From the NCBI GenBank assembly GCA_964247055.1, contig OZ176055.1:9548001-9612000 (forward strand): 64,000 bases of DNA, given 5' to 3'. Made by a program: the position numbers and the translations under genes. The notes under the pieces are model-generated. The model ran no database searches. It saw only the letters and a list, made by a program, of their open reading frames with translations, and had not been told where the DNA came from. Source of the stretch: Paragordius varius. Taxonomy: Eukaryota; Animalia; Nematomorpha. Shown one piece after another: positions 1-13,620 of the stretch; the first letter of the stretch is position 1, and every line of letters begins with the position of its first letter.

Positions 1-595
1 TAAAAATGTACTCTATATGCAGGATATGAAGAAAAAAAATCGACAGCTTTATACTGTTTATATTGAGCTGCAAAATTTGGCCATTTATTTTATGGTTATT
101 TGCGCCTTATTTTTGAAAATTTATTCATACCATTTACAACTCATATTCACCCTCAAGCAATTGAAATTTATCCTTGAAATAACTCAAATTCACCCTTGAA
201 CGGGTGTTTTCGGACTAATAAAACTCATCATTAATATAAATTATTATTTTTTGGGCATAGTTATTTATTTTTTTCAAAATTATGTTGACATTAAACGTAA
301 TTTAGACGTATAAGAATAAATAGGCTATTTTTAATAGTAACTTACAAATAATTTATTTTAGGGTGAATTGGAATTGGGGGGAGGGGAATTATAAATGGTT
401 TATATATCCAATAAATCATATAGACTTGGTTATATTAGACATACACAATCATTGATAAATGTGATCCGGTCAACACTGAAAACAATCAAGTTAATAAAAA
501 CTAGTTATATTAAATTTGAGTTAAGTTTTACATCTAGTAATTTGATTATTAAGTGCTTAATTAAAATTTATAGTATATTCGTTAAAAATGATTAC

Positions 596-3500
596 CTTGG
601 CCCTTGTATAAGTGTTGGCTGATAGTATTTTCATAACCTTACCTGCCTCAATATAAAGTTTCATCATAGCTTTTGCGTTTTGAGTTACGTCAATTAATTT
701 ATTTTTTTCAGTTTGGGTGGATGATATGGTTTGTTCATTAAATTTTGTAGCTAAGTAATCACGTAGTCTAAGTTGAAAATTTCGACCCCCAATAGATCGA
801 TCAAATCTAAAGTAAGTATTTTGCAAAAATATCATATAACTAAACATATTATACTGTAATATTTGAAAACCAAAAAAATCAATGTTTTTTAGTAAAGCGG
901 CGTAATTTAAAAAGCAGTAGTTGCAATAATATTTATTAAATTTTAACCTTAAGGAAATACGATTCAAAAAATAGTATCTTTTTGGTTTATAATTAGAATT
1001 TAAGATTATGGTTTTAGCTTAGGGACAATCTTTTACATTTCACAAATATATACCATTTACAATTCAAATCAAAAACAATTCAAATTCACCCATAAACAAT
1101 TCTCACCCTTACCTTCAAATAAATTACATGTTTTAAGATTAAAAATTACCTATATTTAAATATATTTTTTTTAAAAAATTTTGTTTTGAATTAAAATAAT
1201 ACTGAAAAAATAATATAAGCCACAAAGAATATTTTATATTAATAATGATTTATTTTAGTTCGAAAACATATTTAATTTTAGGGTGAATTACGAGGGTGAA
1301 TTTGAATTGTACAAGGGTGAATTTGAACTGTAAATGGTATATTATTATATCTTTTATAATTTAACTTTCCATATCGTACTGTAAAAATTTATTATTTTTT
1401 TTAACATATAAAAATCATTTAAAACAAAAAACTTATACCCTAGACCCTTGACTGTTAATTGAGGTTGTAATCCGGTTAATGAACTGGAAGAATTCGCTTG
1501 AACCATTTGAAATGCTAAAATAAGATATAAATAAAAATATTTTTAACGATATACACAAAAAACTTGCAATATATGAATATCTAAAATACGGCATAACATA
1601 AAGAGGTTAAAAAAAATTTTTTTTATTGAACAAAAAAACGATATTTTGTAAACCGTATCGATATAATCGATTGTTTTTGGATATGAAATAAGGAATATTG
1701 AAGCACTTAAATTTATATTTTACTAAAAGGAAGAATTAGAAAAAACGTAACTGGGATCAAATATGGGTTTCTTTGTGAGATTTTTTTCAGACTTTTCCTT
1801 TTTATTCCCGTTTTTTTACTAAATCTGTTATACAGCTTCATAATGCAAAAACACAATTTCAGTAAAAATTTTATTTTGGCCCCAATTCCAAACAATTATG
1901 GATAGCGTAAAAAATGTTAAAACATTTGAAATAAATGGTTATAAAAGTATAATTTTAATGCTTGCTTTTTTTGTATGCAAAATAAATATACATAAATTTA
2001 CGTTAACATTGTAATTAAAATGAGCAAAATATTAACAAAAAAAACATATATTTCGTGAAACTTTACACTTTTATTTCGTTTTAATCCCCTATTATACTTA
2101 TAGAAACAAGAATGATTTCAAAAATCAAAATTAATGAATACATAAAATAATTTTTTTTATAAATTTTTTTTCAAAATTAGTAGTATAAAACCATACATAT
2201 AACTGAGGCATGAGTTCCACAACCTCCAATGTCATAGAATATAAAGTTTTGAGGGTGACTTTCATTAAAATCTTTTTGACGGAAAAGGCCAAAACGTAAG
2301 GCAACTATATACATACATATATCATTAGGTATAATTCTAAATTATTATTATAAAAAATAAGTAAAATAAGTAAATTGGGATATCATTGTAGTTCACCATA
2401 TAAAATTTATATATATATTATACTTTTTTCGAAAAAAAATTATAAAGGTTAATTGTATTTTACAACATATATTCTCAAATGCACGAAAATAAATTAATTA
2501 AAGCGAGTTAAATTAATAGGATTTGCCTAAATATATCTTATAAAGTAGCTACAATATTTAATTTATAAATAAACATAGTATTAATCATATATAATATAAA
2601 CGATAATAATACATTGATAAACTATGTCAAAAACATATCAATTAGTAAATTTACCTCAAAAAAGCACCTTTAATTTATTTTGAGTATAAATTTTAAAATG
2701 TTCTATATTAATTTGAAATGTTCAATTGGGAATAAAAATATATAAAGAAACTAAAAATTCTCAGGGGTACATTTAAAATATTCAAGGGTTTATTAAATAT
2801 TTTAGGGTGATTGTAAAACGGCAGATAATATTTTTATCAATAAATTCAAAAAATGTCATTATATTCCAGAAAAATTTTCGATAAAATAAATAATTTTTCT
2901 AAAAAAAGTAAAAAACCCACAAAAATTTAGAATATTAGATCCTTACCAGCCGCATTTGAGTTCATAATTTGTAAAATTTTCATATCGGCAATTTGAGCAG
3001 CCTTTAATAGGGCCAAGCGTTCGCCTTCATTGTAATAAGGAGGGACGACTAAAACGTAACCAACTATGGGTTGATTTTCACAAAACCGTTCAGCTATTTC
3101 ACGACTCCGGTCTAAAATAAAAGCTATAATTTCTTCGGGAGTATATGTGCTACAAACATATATGAAAAGTCATTTTTCCACAAAAAACATGCATAATCTA
3201 ATGGTAAAAAGTGACATATTCCTAGAAAGTTACTTAAATTTTTATTTCTTGTATATAATAGGGAATTGGTTAAGATGTATGTGATTGAGAATTCAAGGAT
3301 GATAAAAAGTAAGGTTAACTTTAAGAGAATGACAAAATAGTTTTTACATTGGGTCTTGATATTGAAAGAAAGCTATGACTAATTTTTACTGTATATTTAT
3401 ATTTATTATTAGGTTAATAAATAATTTAATTAGGGCTTAGAATAAGCAAATGAATGAGATTAAAACATATAACATTTTTAAACAAGATAATGGGATAAAA

Positions 3501-4570
3501 ATCAAAAATAAAATGCGATTTGCAAATGATATGTCCTATTAAGATTTGGTAACTACAAACACATATATCTATTACTTAAAACAGAATAAATATACCCATA
3601 TTTAGCAAAAAAAGCTTAAATCGGCTACAAATTTAGCTATGATCATTTAAATATGGGATATTAAGGATTCTCAATTTCACAAGCCCGTATTTAATATACC
3701 AATAATTAATAAATTAAAGGTCTAAAAATATGGTAAATTTTTACATTTTAAATTAAGGAATTTTAACATAATAACTTTACATACTTTGAAATCATATATA
3801 AAAAACGGAAACCTACCTATTATGAACTCTGAAATGATAAGCTTTCTCATGGTGCCTAGAACCGAGGGAATAATAGGGGAAATCTTTGTAAAAATCTTCA
3901 ACTTCGGTACAATACATATTTTTGGCTAACAGTTCTGGAATGTACATGTAGGCTTCTTGGGGGTTTTTCTTAGACTAAATTTCAAAAAATAATGTTTTAA
4001 TTTCTTTTCAAAAACAGATTAAAAACCAAAAATATGAAGGCAAAATCTAAAAGCAAAAGGACAAATATTTTTTATAAAAGGCCACATTATAAAATTTTTA
4101 TTAGGATTATTACGAATGTGAAATATATAATGATTATCAATTCAAACTTTATTTCGAATTTTGCAACCAAAATGATAGATAACATAAAAAATCAGTTAAA
4201 GTACAGATTAAAAAAAATATTATGTTTAGTTTAAAAATATCTTTATTAATTAAAAAATTTACATGAGTAATAGCTGTATCGCCCACCAATAATTCTTCTC
4301 CCTTGATTGCTAATGCGTTATAAAATTTTCGACTAGTATCCCTATTATATATATAATCAAAATATTTTACGGTGTCAAGACTATTCCCATTGGAGTTCCT
4401 GGCTAAAATTTTATATTGTAAATAAAATAAACCTTAACAACACCCATTTTAATATATTCACATCCTAAATCTACGGAGATAACGGCTACAGAATCTAAAA
4501 AAATATTAAAAAAAACAATACTTAGTTTTGTTATAACGGATAAAATAACGAGTATTTGCAATGTCCTCAT
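596..4570 (-). CDS. HYOU1: Hypoxia up-regulated protein 1 / GRP170 (ER-lumenal Hsp70-family nucleotide exchange factor), 5' part; gene continues beyond the left edge
   Basis: Nine phase-compatible GT-AG exons: 4522-4570, 4433-4494, 4371-4402, 4263-4341, 3817-3974, 2947-3149, 2197-2304, 1439-1514, 596-806. They translate to a signal peptide followed by SVAVISVDLGCEYIKMGVVKPGTPMGIVL, TYTPEEIIAFIL, VPPYYNEGERLALLKAAQIA, NFIFYDIGG, QPQLTVKGLGFDRSIGGRNFQLRLRDYLA and NAKAMMKLYIEAGKVMKILSAN. These are colinear with GRP170 motifs as I recall them (SVDLG, FYDMG, QPQLQIRGVGFDRTLGG). Confidence 0.93.
1051..1339. mobile_element. MITE family B (TA/TATA-flanked; TIR TACCATTTACA plus TTCAAATTCACCC subrepeats)
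   Basis: TIRs TACCATTTACAATTCAAA...TTTGAACTGTAAATGGTA, flanked by TA. Further copies at about 127-375, 9653-9963, 36660-36862, 51913-52180, 52917-53190, 54931-55205 and 57495-57830 (inverted), plus a fragment at about 2755-2820. Confidence 0.85.
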
Positions 4571-4984
4571 ACTGTTATGTTTGTATTTAAAAAACGTGTT
4601 AAAGCCAAAACTATACATTTGTGAATGATCGAAATTTTCATACGCTTGATGCATGTTCTTTACACCTTGACTGCACAAAAGATTCCAAAATATTAATACT
4701 GGAATAATTGTTAGTATATTTTGTTAAAAAATCCATTTAAATTACCTTTTTGACTTATGAATAATGTTTAACTAAATATAATTAACAATAAAAAATTATT
4801 ACTATATTTTCGGACATTATATAATTAACTTGATTATGCTCAAATAATCGAAAAAAAAGCAAACCGATTTTATTAAAAACACAGTTCTCAAAATACTATA
4901 AACTAAAAAATATGATGATTACACAAAAGCTTCTCTAACCTTTTAAAACTTTTTTTAAAAAATAATATTAGGATTTTTTTATAG

Positions 4985-5522
4985 AAAAGTTTTATATCAA
5001 ACTACTTCGATGCCATTTTTAAAATATTTTTGCAAAATATCGTCTTCATATTATTTTAAAGCTCTAATTTATTTAAATCACATCTAACGTAGATAGAAAC
5101 AAAAAAAGTCGTTTCTAATGCACAGATGACATGTTGACTAAATTTAAAGTTTTGTTAGCTTAAAATAAGTAATATCAAGCATTTTTTATGAATTTATATA
5201 TTTCGCTTCATTAATGTTATACTTTTGCCATGTTTTAATTTCCTTCTACATTTTTTGGAAGTATTTAAGTGTAAACAGACCTGAGGTATCCAACGACCCC
5301 AAATTGATAAGGACCAAAATGAATGTGTTGTATCCAAGTGTTAAAATAAGTATCAAGTTTTAAATGTTTTTTTATATGATTCATTAATGTTATATAGCAA
5401 ACTTTTTCCATGATTTAAATTCATTCAATATTTTTTAAACTATTTAATTAGGAACAGTCTTTGGGTATCTAGCGACCCCAATCTTAGCCGAAGGACTGAA
5501 ATGAATGTGTTGTGTACAAGTG
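4985..5522 (+). mobile_element. MITE family A copy, 5'-truncated, with duplicated right end
   Basis: The right end ...AAGTG|TTAA occurs twice (5340 and 5522). The segment following the internal TTAAAATAAG is repeated. Confidence 0.7.
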
Positions 5523-6975
5523 TTAAAAATATATTATATAAAACAGTGTCCACAAAAAATATTTGCACAAAATATATGATATATAAATTAAAATTCTCAT
5601 GATGCCGTAATATAAGTTAGTTTTTTTGTGATAACTACTCCATAAGAGAAATGATGCGCAGATTTTGTTAAATATTTTATGTGATAATTATATTCTCCTT
5701 TCCGAAAAAATATCACTAAATATAATATAAACCATACAAAAAGCACGACAATCTTATTTTAAAATTTATTATGTTAGATGTGGCCCAAAAAGTCTCAATT
5801 TTTGGACCCGTCAAAAATGGGTAAGTTTTTTAAAGGCAAAAGGCCAGATTGAACGATAAAGTTTTAAATATATGCTAATATCAAATAAAATTTTAAAATA
5901 TATGCATGATTTATTTGAAAAATAAAATTTTACCAAAATTATGTTGCGTATTTTTACTATTCAAAGGTGATGTATTTTATTATTTATGCATCCTTATACA
6001 CAATAACATTATAGACGTGCGTCATATTAAAATGCAGTACAATATTATTATAATCTATTCCGTGTTCTTTTCCAGGAAAGATTAAATACTCTGTATAAAC
6101 AATAATCATTTATAATGATCTATGCAATATATTGTTATTTTTTCCGAATAAAACTGATTGATTAACCCTTATTATAAGGCAAGATGGAAACGGTCTAAAA
6201 ACATTTCGAGATATTTTACTTTTAAATCTAAATTAATGTTAAACAACTTCAGATAAAGGTTCGTTTGCTTTCAAATTTTGGTGTATTTTTATAAAAAAAA
6301 ATAATTTAAATTTATAAGGTGATAGAAATGTTTACCATTATCAAATTATATAAATAAGAGTTAATAGTATATTAAAGCGTTTTTTATACCGTTTTATTGT
6401 CTTAGTATGAATTACGCTTCAACAAAATTAGTCAAAAATTAAATTTTCGAAATAGGTATGCATTTTTCAAAAATATTTTTAGTTGATATCAAAGTTGAGC
6501 ATATACATAATTTTCTTCGCACAAATCCTATTTTTGCGTTTATTTAAATGAACTAGCCCATTTTAGAAGAGGAAAAAATTTGGGACTTTCAGAGCTCATA
6601 TGTTAAAATTAAAATTTGTTAATAATGTGCTTTTTTATGTAATTTTAATAATATTTTTAAAATTTAGCTTTCAATAAAAAAATCTTATTTAAGAAATTGT
6701 GTACAAATATGCCATTCGAATGAAATAATTGCCACAAAAGTGTACTTTAATCACTAGTAAAGAAAAATCAAAAGCACCTTATCCTATCAGAATATTCAGA
6801 ATATTTTTTTGTAAACACAGTACGCTTTTTAACTTATTTAATATAAATATTAATTTACCTCATAACTCTCATGTATTCACTATAAAAAGTCAGTACTGGT
6901 TTAACTAAGAAAAGTCGTCAACGAAAAGTACCCGGGACGCGAACTCTATATAATTTATCTAACAAATATCAAACA

Positions 6976-7990
6976 TAGTTGAGTTCGCCAAAAAGAAACC
7001 TTTTGTTTTTATCAGTATCATGTCCAATTTTGTGCCTGAAAAACATTTTCGGCACGTATTGCATCTTTTATTCCATCAAAAAGGGTGTTGAAAGTCATCT
7101 TTGCTAGTAGAAGCATATAATACACATGCTCCATCGATTTAGATATGTAATACCAGATTTTAAATAATTAAGTATGTCATTGCAGTGTGAAAGACAATGG
7201 GCATTTTAATAGACCACCCAATTCCGAATACGATAATGGGCAAAAGTTATTGGATGATGACTCAACTCAAAACGAAAATTGGCAAAAACAACACATGTAT
7301 AAAGTAAGTAGCTGTCTTCGAGCAGAAAGGCCAATATATCGGTAAATGTCTAATACATGAGACAAATCAAAAATCGCAAAATGACTAATAAAATGCTGAT
7401 TCAACGTCGCGAAGGAAAAACATTTTTGCATCGAGGTGACGGGTGATCGGATATAGGTTTATTATGCAAATTTTAAGCTAATCGTTAATTTTATCTTACC
7501 ATAGTTCCTTCAAAGCAAAGACTAAATGATTTAGGCAAGAAAGCCACTTTCTGTTGGTAAAACCCTGGCGGTTTTGTGTTACACTTGAGAAGCTCGATAA
7601 AACCTTTATGCACAACACTATGGCCAACAAATTCAAACCGTGTATTGATCTAAACCGCCGGAATGAGCCAGAAATCATGGTAAAGTAATTTCGCTACATG
7701 CAAATGCTCAAAACCAGTAAAAAACACCTTAAAATCGCTTTGGTTGAAATATATTTCGCCCACTGTACTGTCCTGACCCTAAACCGTGTGACGATTATTC
7801 CTTCGAATCAATGGGGCATACGATGGCAGTACACTTTAATAAAGGTAAACGGCTTGGAAAATGGTTTGTTGCAAACCACAAATATTATTTCCGGCATGTT
7901 ATGCACATATAACCAGAGAGATGGGCGAAACGTGGAAGCCGTTGGAGAATATATCGATTAAAATAATTAAAAAAAATTCCTGTAGACCTA
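6976..7990 (+). mobile_element. Degenerate Mos1-like mariner element 1 (pseudogenised transposase)
   Basis: ATG 7020 begins MSNFVPEKHFRHVLH. An FLHR.VTGD-like segment lies at about 7425-7450, HxxYCPDPKPCDDYSFESMGHTMA at about 7760-7830, and the C-terminus is ...RNVEAVGEYID* (7961). Many stops and frameshifts. Confidence 0.85.
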
Positions 7991-8907
7991 TAACTACAAG
8001 TAAAATATATTAAGTTTCCCTAATCCGTGTTTAAAAAATTTAAGCTTTAAGACAGAATTAAGATAATTTAAACCTAAACGAAGGCAGCTTAAAATTTCAT
8101 CGAAACCTTTAACATTTTTCTATATAGTTTATTCAAAAATATTTTTTTATCGTTACAGTTTGTTAATTTAGGCAATTTCAATATTTGGAAGTGATTTAAT
8201 ATTTACACCATCTATGGAAGTGGACACAGTGTTAAATGCAATTTCAGCATAAAAATAAAGATTTGATATAAAAAGTTGTTCTCTCTTTAAATTTTTATAA
8301 ACATGCTACAATATTACTAGGGTTCGATTACTTTATTGAAAAAAAAACCGGTCGGGCCACCAAAATCCTTACTAACTTTTAGCAAAATCTCATTTTCTAT
8401 TAAATTACAGATCTTTACCTATGATTTACTATCACTACACGGATTAAATTTAATTATAAGGTATACAGAAATTGTCTCTTTATTTTTACAAGTCTTTCTT
8501 TAGAATTTAAATAACTCTATAAGGCGATAGGGTTTATACCAGAATAGATATATTATTTTATATAAAAACACTTGTTTTTTTTTCCATCATATGTTAAATT
8601 GTTTTATCAAATGACTTATCCAAATGACAGTTAATAATCTCGAGCATTTAATATACATATAATTAAGTGTAGTTGCCTATTTATTTATATCTTCCAAATA
8701 TTCAATTATCATAATTGCGATATTATATATATTACTTTTCAAATAAGCATTTATTTTTCTAAACATATTTGGCGCAATATAAGATGTTAATAATCATACA
8801 TTAAAACACATAATTAAAAATTGAATGATTAGGTATCTCACTATAATGATAATGGTTAATCAAATTAAAAATAATTATCTTTAATAGTTTTATGTTGGTT
8901 AAATATA

Positions 8908-10960
8908 TTAAGGTTGAACATATTTCCCAAAGTATAGTATGTGTCCAGTATTTTTTACCACAATCATGTAATCAAATGGTCTATTCAGTATGATTCCATC
9001 AGTAAAGTTTGTTGGGACCGGATCAGATCTATAATAATCGGCGTTCAATCCTCGTTCTGTCAGATCGATTTTGGTTTTATGATTCCACATATCAAGGTTG
9101 TATGTATGTTTACCCTCCAAAATTTTCTTTAAAGAGCTATGTAAAATAAAATTTGTTATATGTTACAATTCGCAAATCCAAAACAGACACTTTAGTGAAT
9201 ATTCGGTAATTAATACTATGTGCATTCACCTATACAATCGTTTTGATTGAAATATTTATTAGTTACTACTTTGTTGTAATAGAAATCGTTTTCTCCAAAT
9301 TACTTTTCATTTAACATTAGAATTTTTGATTCAAAGTGCATTTTATAATGGATATAAAAATACATCATTGGTGCTTCTAGTTTTGGGGCTTATAAATATT
9401 AAATATCAGAATATTTAACGCAAATGGCTCCGCGGGTCAAATAAATCCAAAAATTGGCGGGCCTGATTTATAATATATGTGAGCATCATTGAACTATTTC
9501 TTAAATCCGAAACATAATACCATAAAACAATATAACAATTTTTTCTAGCTCGTTGCCAATTACATATTACACAAAATTGTTCAAAAAATAACTTACAACG
9601 ATTTTGTGAGATGTTTTTGAAAATTAAAAATCTTTCTAAAGCACCCCTAATATACCATTTACAATTCAATTTCACCCTTAAACAATTTAAATTCACCCTT
9701 AAATAATTCAAATTCACCCTCGAACATTTCAAATTCACCCTCAAATAAAATATATGTTTTTTAAGATTAAAAATTACCAATATTTTTATATATTTTAAAA
9801 AATAAAAATTTTGTTTTAAATTAAAATAATACTGAAAAAATAATAAACTATAACATAAACATATATTTCATATTAATAATGAGTTATATTAGTTCGAAAA
9901 TACATAATTTATTTTTAGGGTGAATTTGAATTGTTCAAGGGTGAATTTGAACTGTAAATGGTATATATAAAGTTTTTGTATAATAAACGCAATTTTACTT
10001 TTGGCATAAAAGGTTGAAATCCATCAAGCGGTCTGCTAAAATGTTACTTTCCTGTCTTAAGTATGGCATCGCAAATTTTACGATTTTAGGCTCCTTGGGT
10101 AATTTGGCGATTTCATCTGCATATGTCACCTTACTATCAACCACAGGATGGAGATGCTGGTTTGGTAAATTAATAATTAAACTCAAATCACCCATAAGAT
10201 CTAAACTAATGATTGCTGTTTGCTGGATTGAAGAATTATAAATGCGAACGGCCCGTTTCTCATCTACCATGTAGGTGGTTGTAATAGGCTTATACTTACC
10301 ATGAAAAGTTTCTAGTATGTTCCTACACGCACACACAAAAAAACATAATTTTATTAACCACATTAACATATAAATTTACAAAGCCGGGAATTATAGTTAT
10401 AAATATTCTAAAAAATACTTTGATCGATCAAATTCTTTCCATCCACTTTTTAGATATATCGAATTAACCATTAGTGATTGGTAATTGGGTGGTATATTGA
10501 TTATGGCATCGTTAACTCTGGTGAAGCGAGTAACTCGACTATTGATAAATGTTTTTATTTGTTCGGGTGTTATGCTAGGCTTTATGGATATCAAGGATGC
10601 ACCATATTTAGTTTGAACATCAGTCTCAAATTCTTTCCTATATTTGGTTAAATCATTTTTTATGTATAATTCATTCAGAAGTTTGCTTTCCAATATTGAG
10701 TTAAGTTTTGGTTTTTGAACAATGTTTTGGTAAATTGGTAAGGAACAAGTCGACGCTTTTTGTAAGACCCCCAACGAAAGAGCCATCATAAGCGGAGAAA
10801 TAACGAAGCTACTATTACTTAAATGGATATTGGCATTTGCGATCCCAACTAATTGAAGTTCTTTAAGAAAACTTTTTGTAACCGTCAAAGTGTTAGCGTT
10901 AAAACTCAATTGTCCAAAAACTAGCATAGTAAAAATTAGCATCGCAGTATTAAATTTCAT
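8908..10960 (-). CDS. Secreted serpin-family protein, paralog 1 (364 aa, non-inhibitory-type hinge)
   Basis: Three exons: 10419-10960, 9999-10322, 8908-9136 (both introns phase 2, GT-AG). N-terminal hydrophobic signal, hB-like SFVISPLMMALSLG, s3A-like LMVNSIYLKSGW, s5A/hinge HKTKIDLTERGLNA and C-terminal serpin signature ILNRPFDYMIVVKNTGHILYFGKYVQP. Confidence 0.85.
9653..9963. mobile_element. MITE family B copy in serpin 1 intron 2
   Basis: TA|TACCATTTAC...GTAAATGGTA|TA. Absent from the equivalent intron of serpin 2. Confidence 0.85.
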
Positions 10961-11093
10961 GGTGTTAGAAGTATTTTTGTAAAATTAAAAATTATAATTT
11001 AACCATATTTTTTACCGCTTTATAAGGTCTTGAAAACATCATCTATCGAGTACCGAGGTAATTAAAATCAATATTGATTTTGGGAGCTCTTTT

Positions 11094-11118
11094 TGCGTTA
11101 ATTGGCACTGTTACGTAC
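11094..11118 (-). promoter_or_regulatory. 25-bp element identical upstream of both serpins (copy 1)
   Basis: Reverse complement is GTACGTAACAGTGCCAATTAACGCA, identical to 15990-16014. It lies about 134 bp upstream of the ATG, contains CCAAT, and sits in otherwise diverged flanks. Confidence 0.55.
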
Positions 11119-13379
11119 ATTTTAGCGTAAGATATAACATTTTTACGTTCTTATACAAATATTACCTATATCCTTTTTGGCATCAAACCAAACATCCAAA
11201 AATTTGCTTAATTGAACTCTACGTTAAGGTTAATATATTAAGGTCATATATTCACTTCATTACAAATTTAGGGACACTACCTGGTGATACCTACCATTAT
11301 TTATCCATCTTACATTTAATATAAAATTTTTAAATTTCTGGTTTAATACTGTATTTTATTGGAAATTGAGACAGACAATTTTTTTTATTGTAATTGGATT
11401 TTCAATCCCATTTATATAAGCAGGCACTGGGTAAACTGGTGAATTTTATATAAATTTGAAAAAAATGAACATATTTATGAACAATTTTAGCAAGAGGCAT
11501 ATGATCAAACAAATTTCTTTAACAAGATAAAATTGTTGAACCATTAATAGGGCACTTATAATGTGTTGAAGTAGAAACTACTGTTGCGAACACAAACGCA
11601 CCTAGATAATTAGTTATAACACTTTATGATACACGTAGTTCATATTATTAATTGTATCTTCAAGCAAAATAGTCAGTATATAAATTGAAGTATTGTGATA
11701 TTACACACACATGTTTAATTTTGGTATTGAATAAATGTTTTTGTAATACACTTAACTAACCATTATAGTGTTAACGGCTAATTTTAAGAAAAGCGTTTAC
11801 GCTTCTATTAACATATCCTTTTCATCTATATTTTTAGTGATTATACCTTTGAAAGATGTTAAATGATACATTACATTATATTTATGTATATATTGGGTGT
11901 CGAATTTAGAAAAAATATTATCACATTTTAGTTTTTAAGATAGGGAAACTTATTAGTTATCAGAAACCGAAATATCTTTGGGAATATTTCTGTTATAAAT
12001 TATACACAATCTTATTTTTTGACTTCAATAGGTAGGGAACGCGAATTGCAAGTGAAGTGCTAAGTAATACAGGCTTTTTAAAAAGTAACATTTAAATAAA
12101 ATTATATTTTTCCGCAATCACTTTTTTTTACTAAATCTGATTTTTTTGCATTTTGCCGCTCTTGGAAATGTCGAATATTATCAAATCGAATATTATCAAA
12201 ACACAAGTTTATAACATTCTCTGTTTCCAATACCCAAAAAATAAAAATATTTGGAAAAATTATTATTAAAAAACGATATAAGGAAAATAGATTCTACCCA
12301 AAGGGGACTCTATTCATTTTTCCAGTAACTTCCAGACATGGATGTAAAAGTTGGACAAAAAGACAATAAATATGGCATTTGAAAGGACCTGTCTGCATAT
12401 TTATAGGGTGGACATAGCTACAAAAATCCTAGCGAACTTACAATTTTTAAAAACATCGATCTTTAGGGACTTGAGAATAAAAGCAACACAATATAGATGT
12501 GTTTGATGTAGTGATTATTATAATTAAATTTTGTATTATCTAAATTATTTCTCTCCCTATAATATCGAGAGTATCGGGACAAATCATAACAATTTTTGTT
12601 GGCTTTTTTATCGATAATTACGTTAACTATAACGTGAACTGGCATGAAAATACTGTTTAAAGGGTAATACAAATATTTGCGAATACCCAATTTTTGGCAT
12701 CGCGTCAAACATAAAAAACATGCCTAATTAATAGACATAGATGGTTACAAGTTTTGAAGGTCACATTGACATTATTATAAATGTTATAGGTGTGATATTA
12801 ACGATTAATTGCAATTAATTATCTACTATCTCGCTCTTATTTTGTTCTGCTACTTTAATTCGGGAAGAATTTGAGAAACATAATTATATTGTAATGTTAT
12901 CAAGCCTAATAAAACACACACACGTTATCAGAAAATAAACCATTTGCATTCAAGAGTGTCCTTCAATAATTTATTCAAGTTAGTCCTTGAACATTTCAAA
13001 AGTGTTATTAAACACACTAAGTTGGTCCTTTAACTTTTCTAAATAGTCAACATTTCAAATTTTCCCTAACATTTATATTTTGCCTATAACTTTTAAAACT
13101 ATATACATTTTATCCTATTTTTTGATCAAATATATTTATATATCTTTAAATATTAAATTATTGCTTCACCTTTAAGGCAAGTCACAATACGAAGAATTTG
13201 AATATCTTCAAAGTATTTAAGGTATCAGGCTGAATTTTAAGACATACTTTCTTTAGCCTTTTAAGTTAATACATTTATTTTTATGATATATCATTAAAGC
13301 TGTTGTTCTTCAGTGTTGAAGGTAGCTGATTTGAGATATGTTTTTATTGCTGTTTTCCAATTGTTTCTATTTTCCGCAA

Positions 13380-13620
13380 ACATGTAAAATGTAAAAAAGC
13401 TCTTATAAATTTTTTGACGCCATTTTTTCCTTTAGATTTTTTATAATCGGTACAATAGTCAAATAAACGTATACTATAGTTAGATGTAAATAATTAACTT
13501 TAATAAAATTTCATGTTGCATTTTACCAGCAAAATGATATTTACTGAAAATTAGCTGTTTAATTCAATCGTGTTTTGGAGCCCCAATTTTAACCTCTACA
13601 AGTTACAAAATAAGATATAA
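13380..13620. repeat. Dispersed repeat family E, probably internal to an old Tc1/mariner-type non-autonomous element spanning about 12950-14070
   Basis: Shared blocks TTTTGACGCCATTTTTT and CAGCTGTT..TTCAATCGTGTTTTGGAGCCC also occur at about 59810-60000, 63220-63420 (inverted) and 63790-64000. Confidence 0.6.

Noticed and set aside
8315-8365. GGTTCGATT as a possible tRNA T-loop
   Set aside because: No flanking stems, A-box or cloverleaf.
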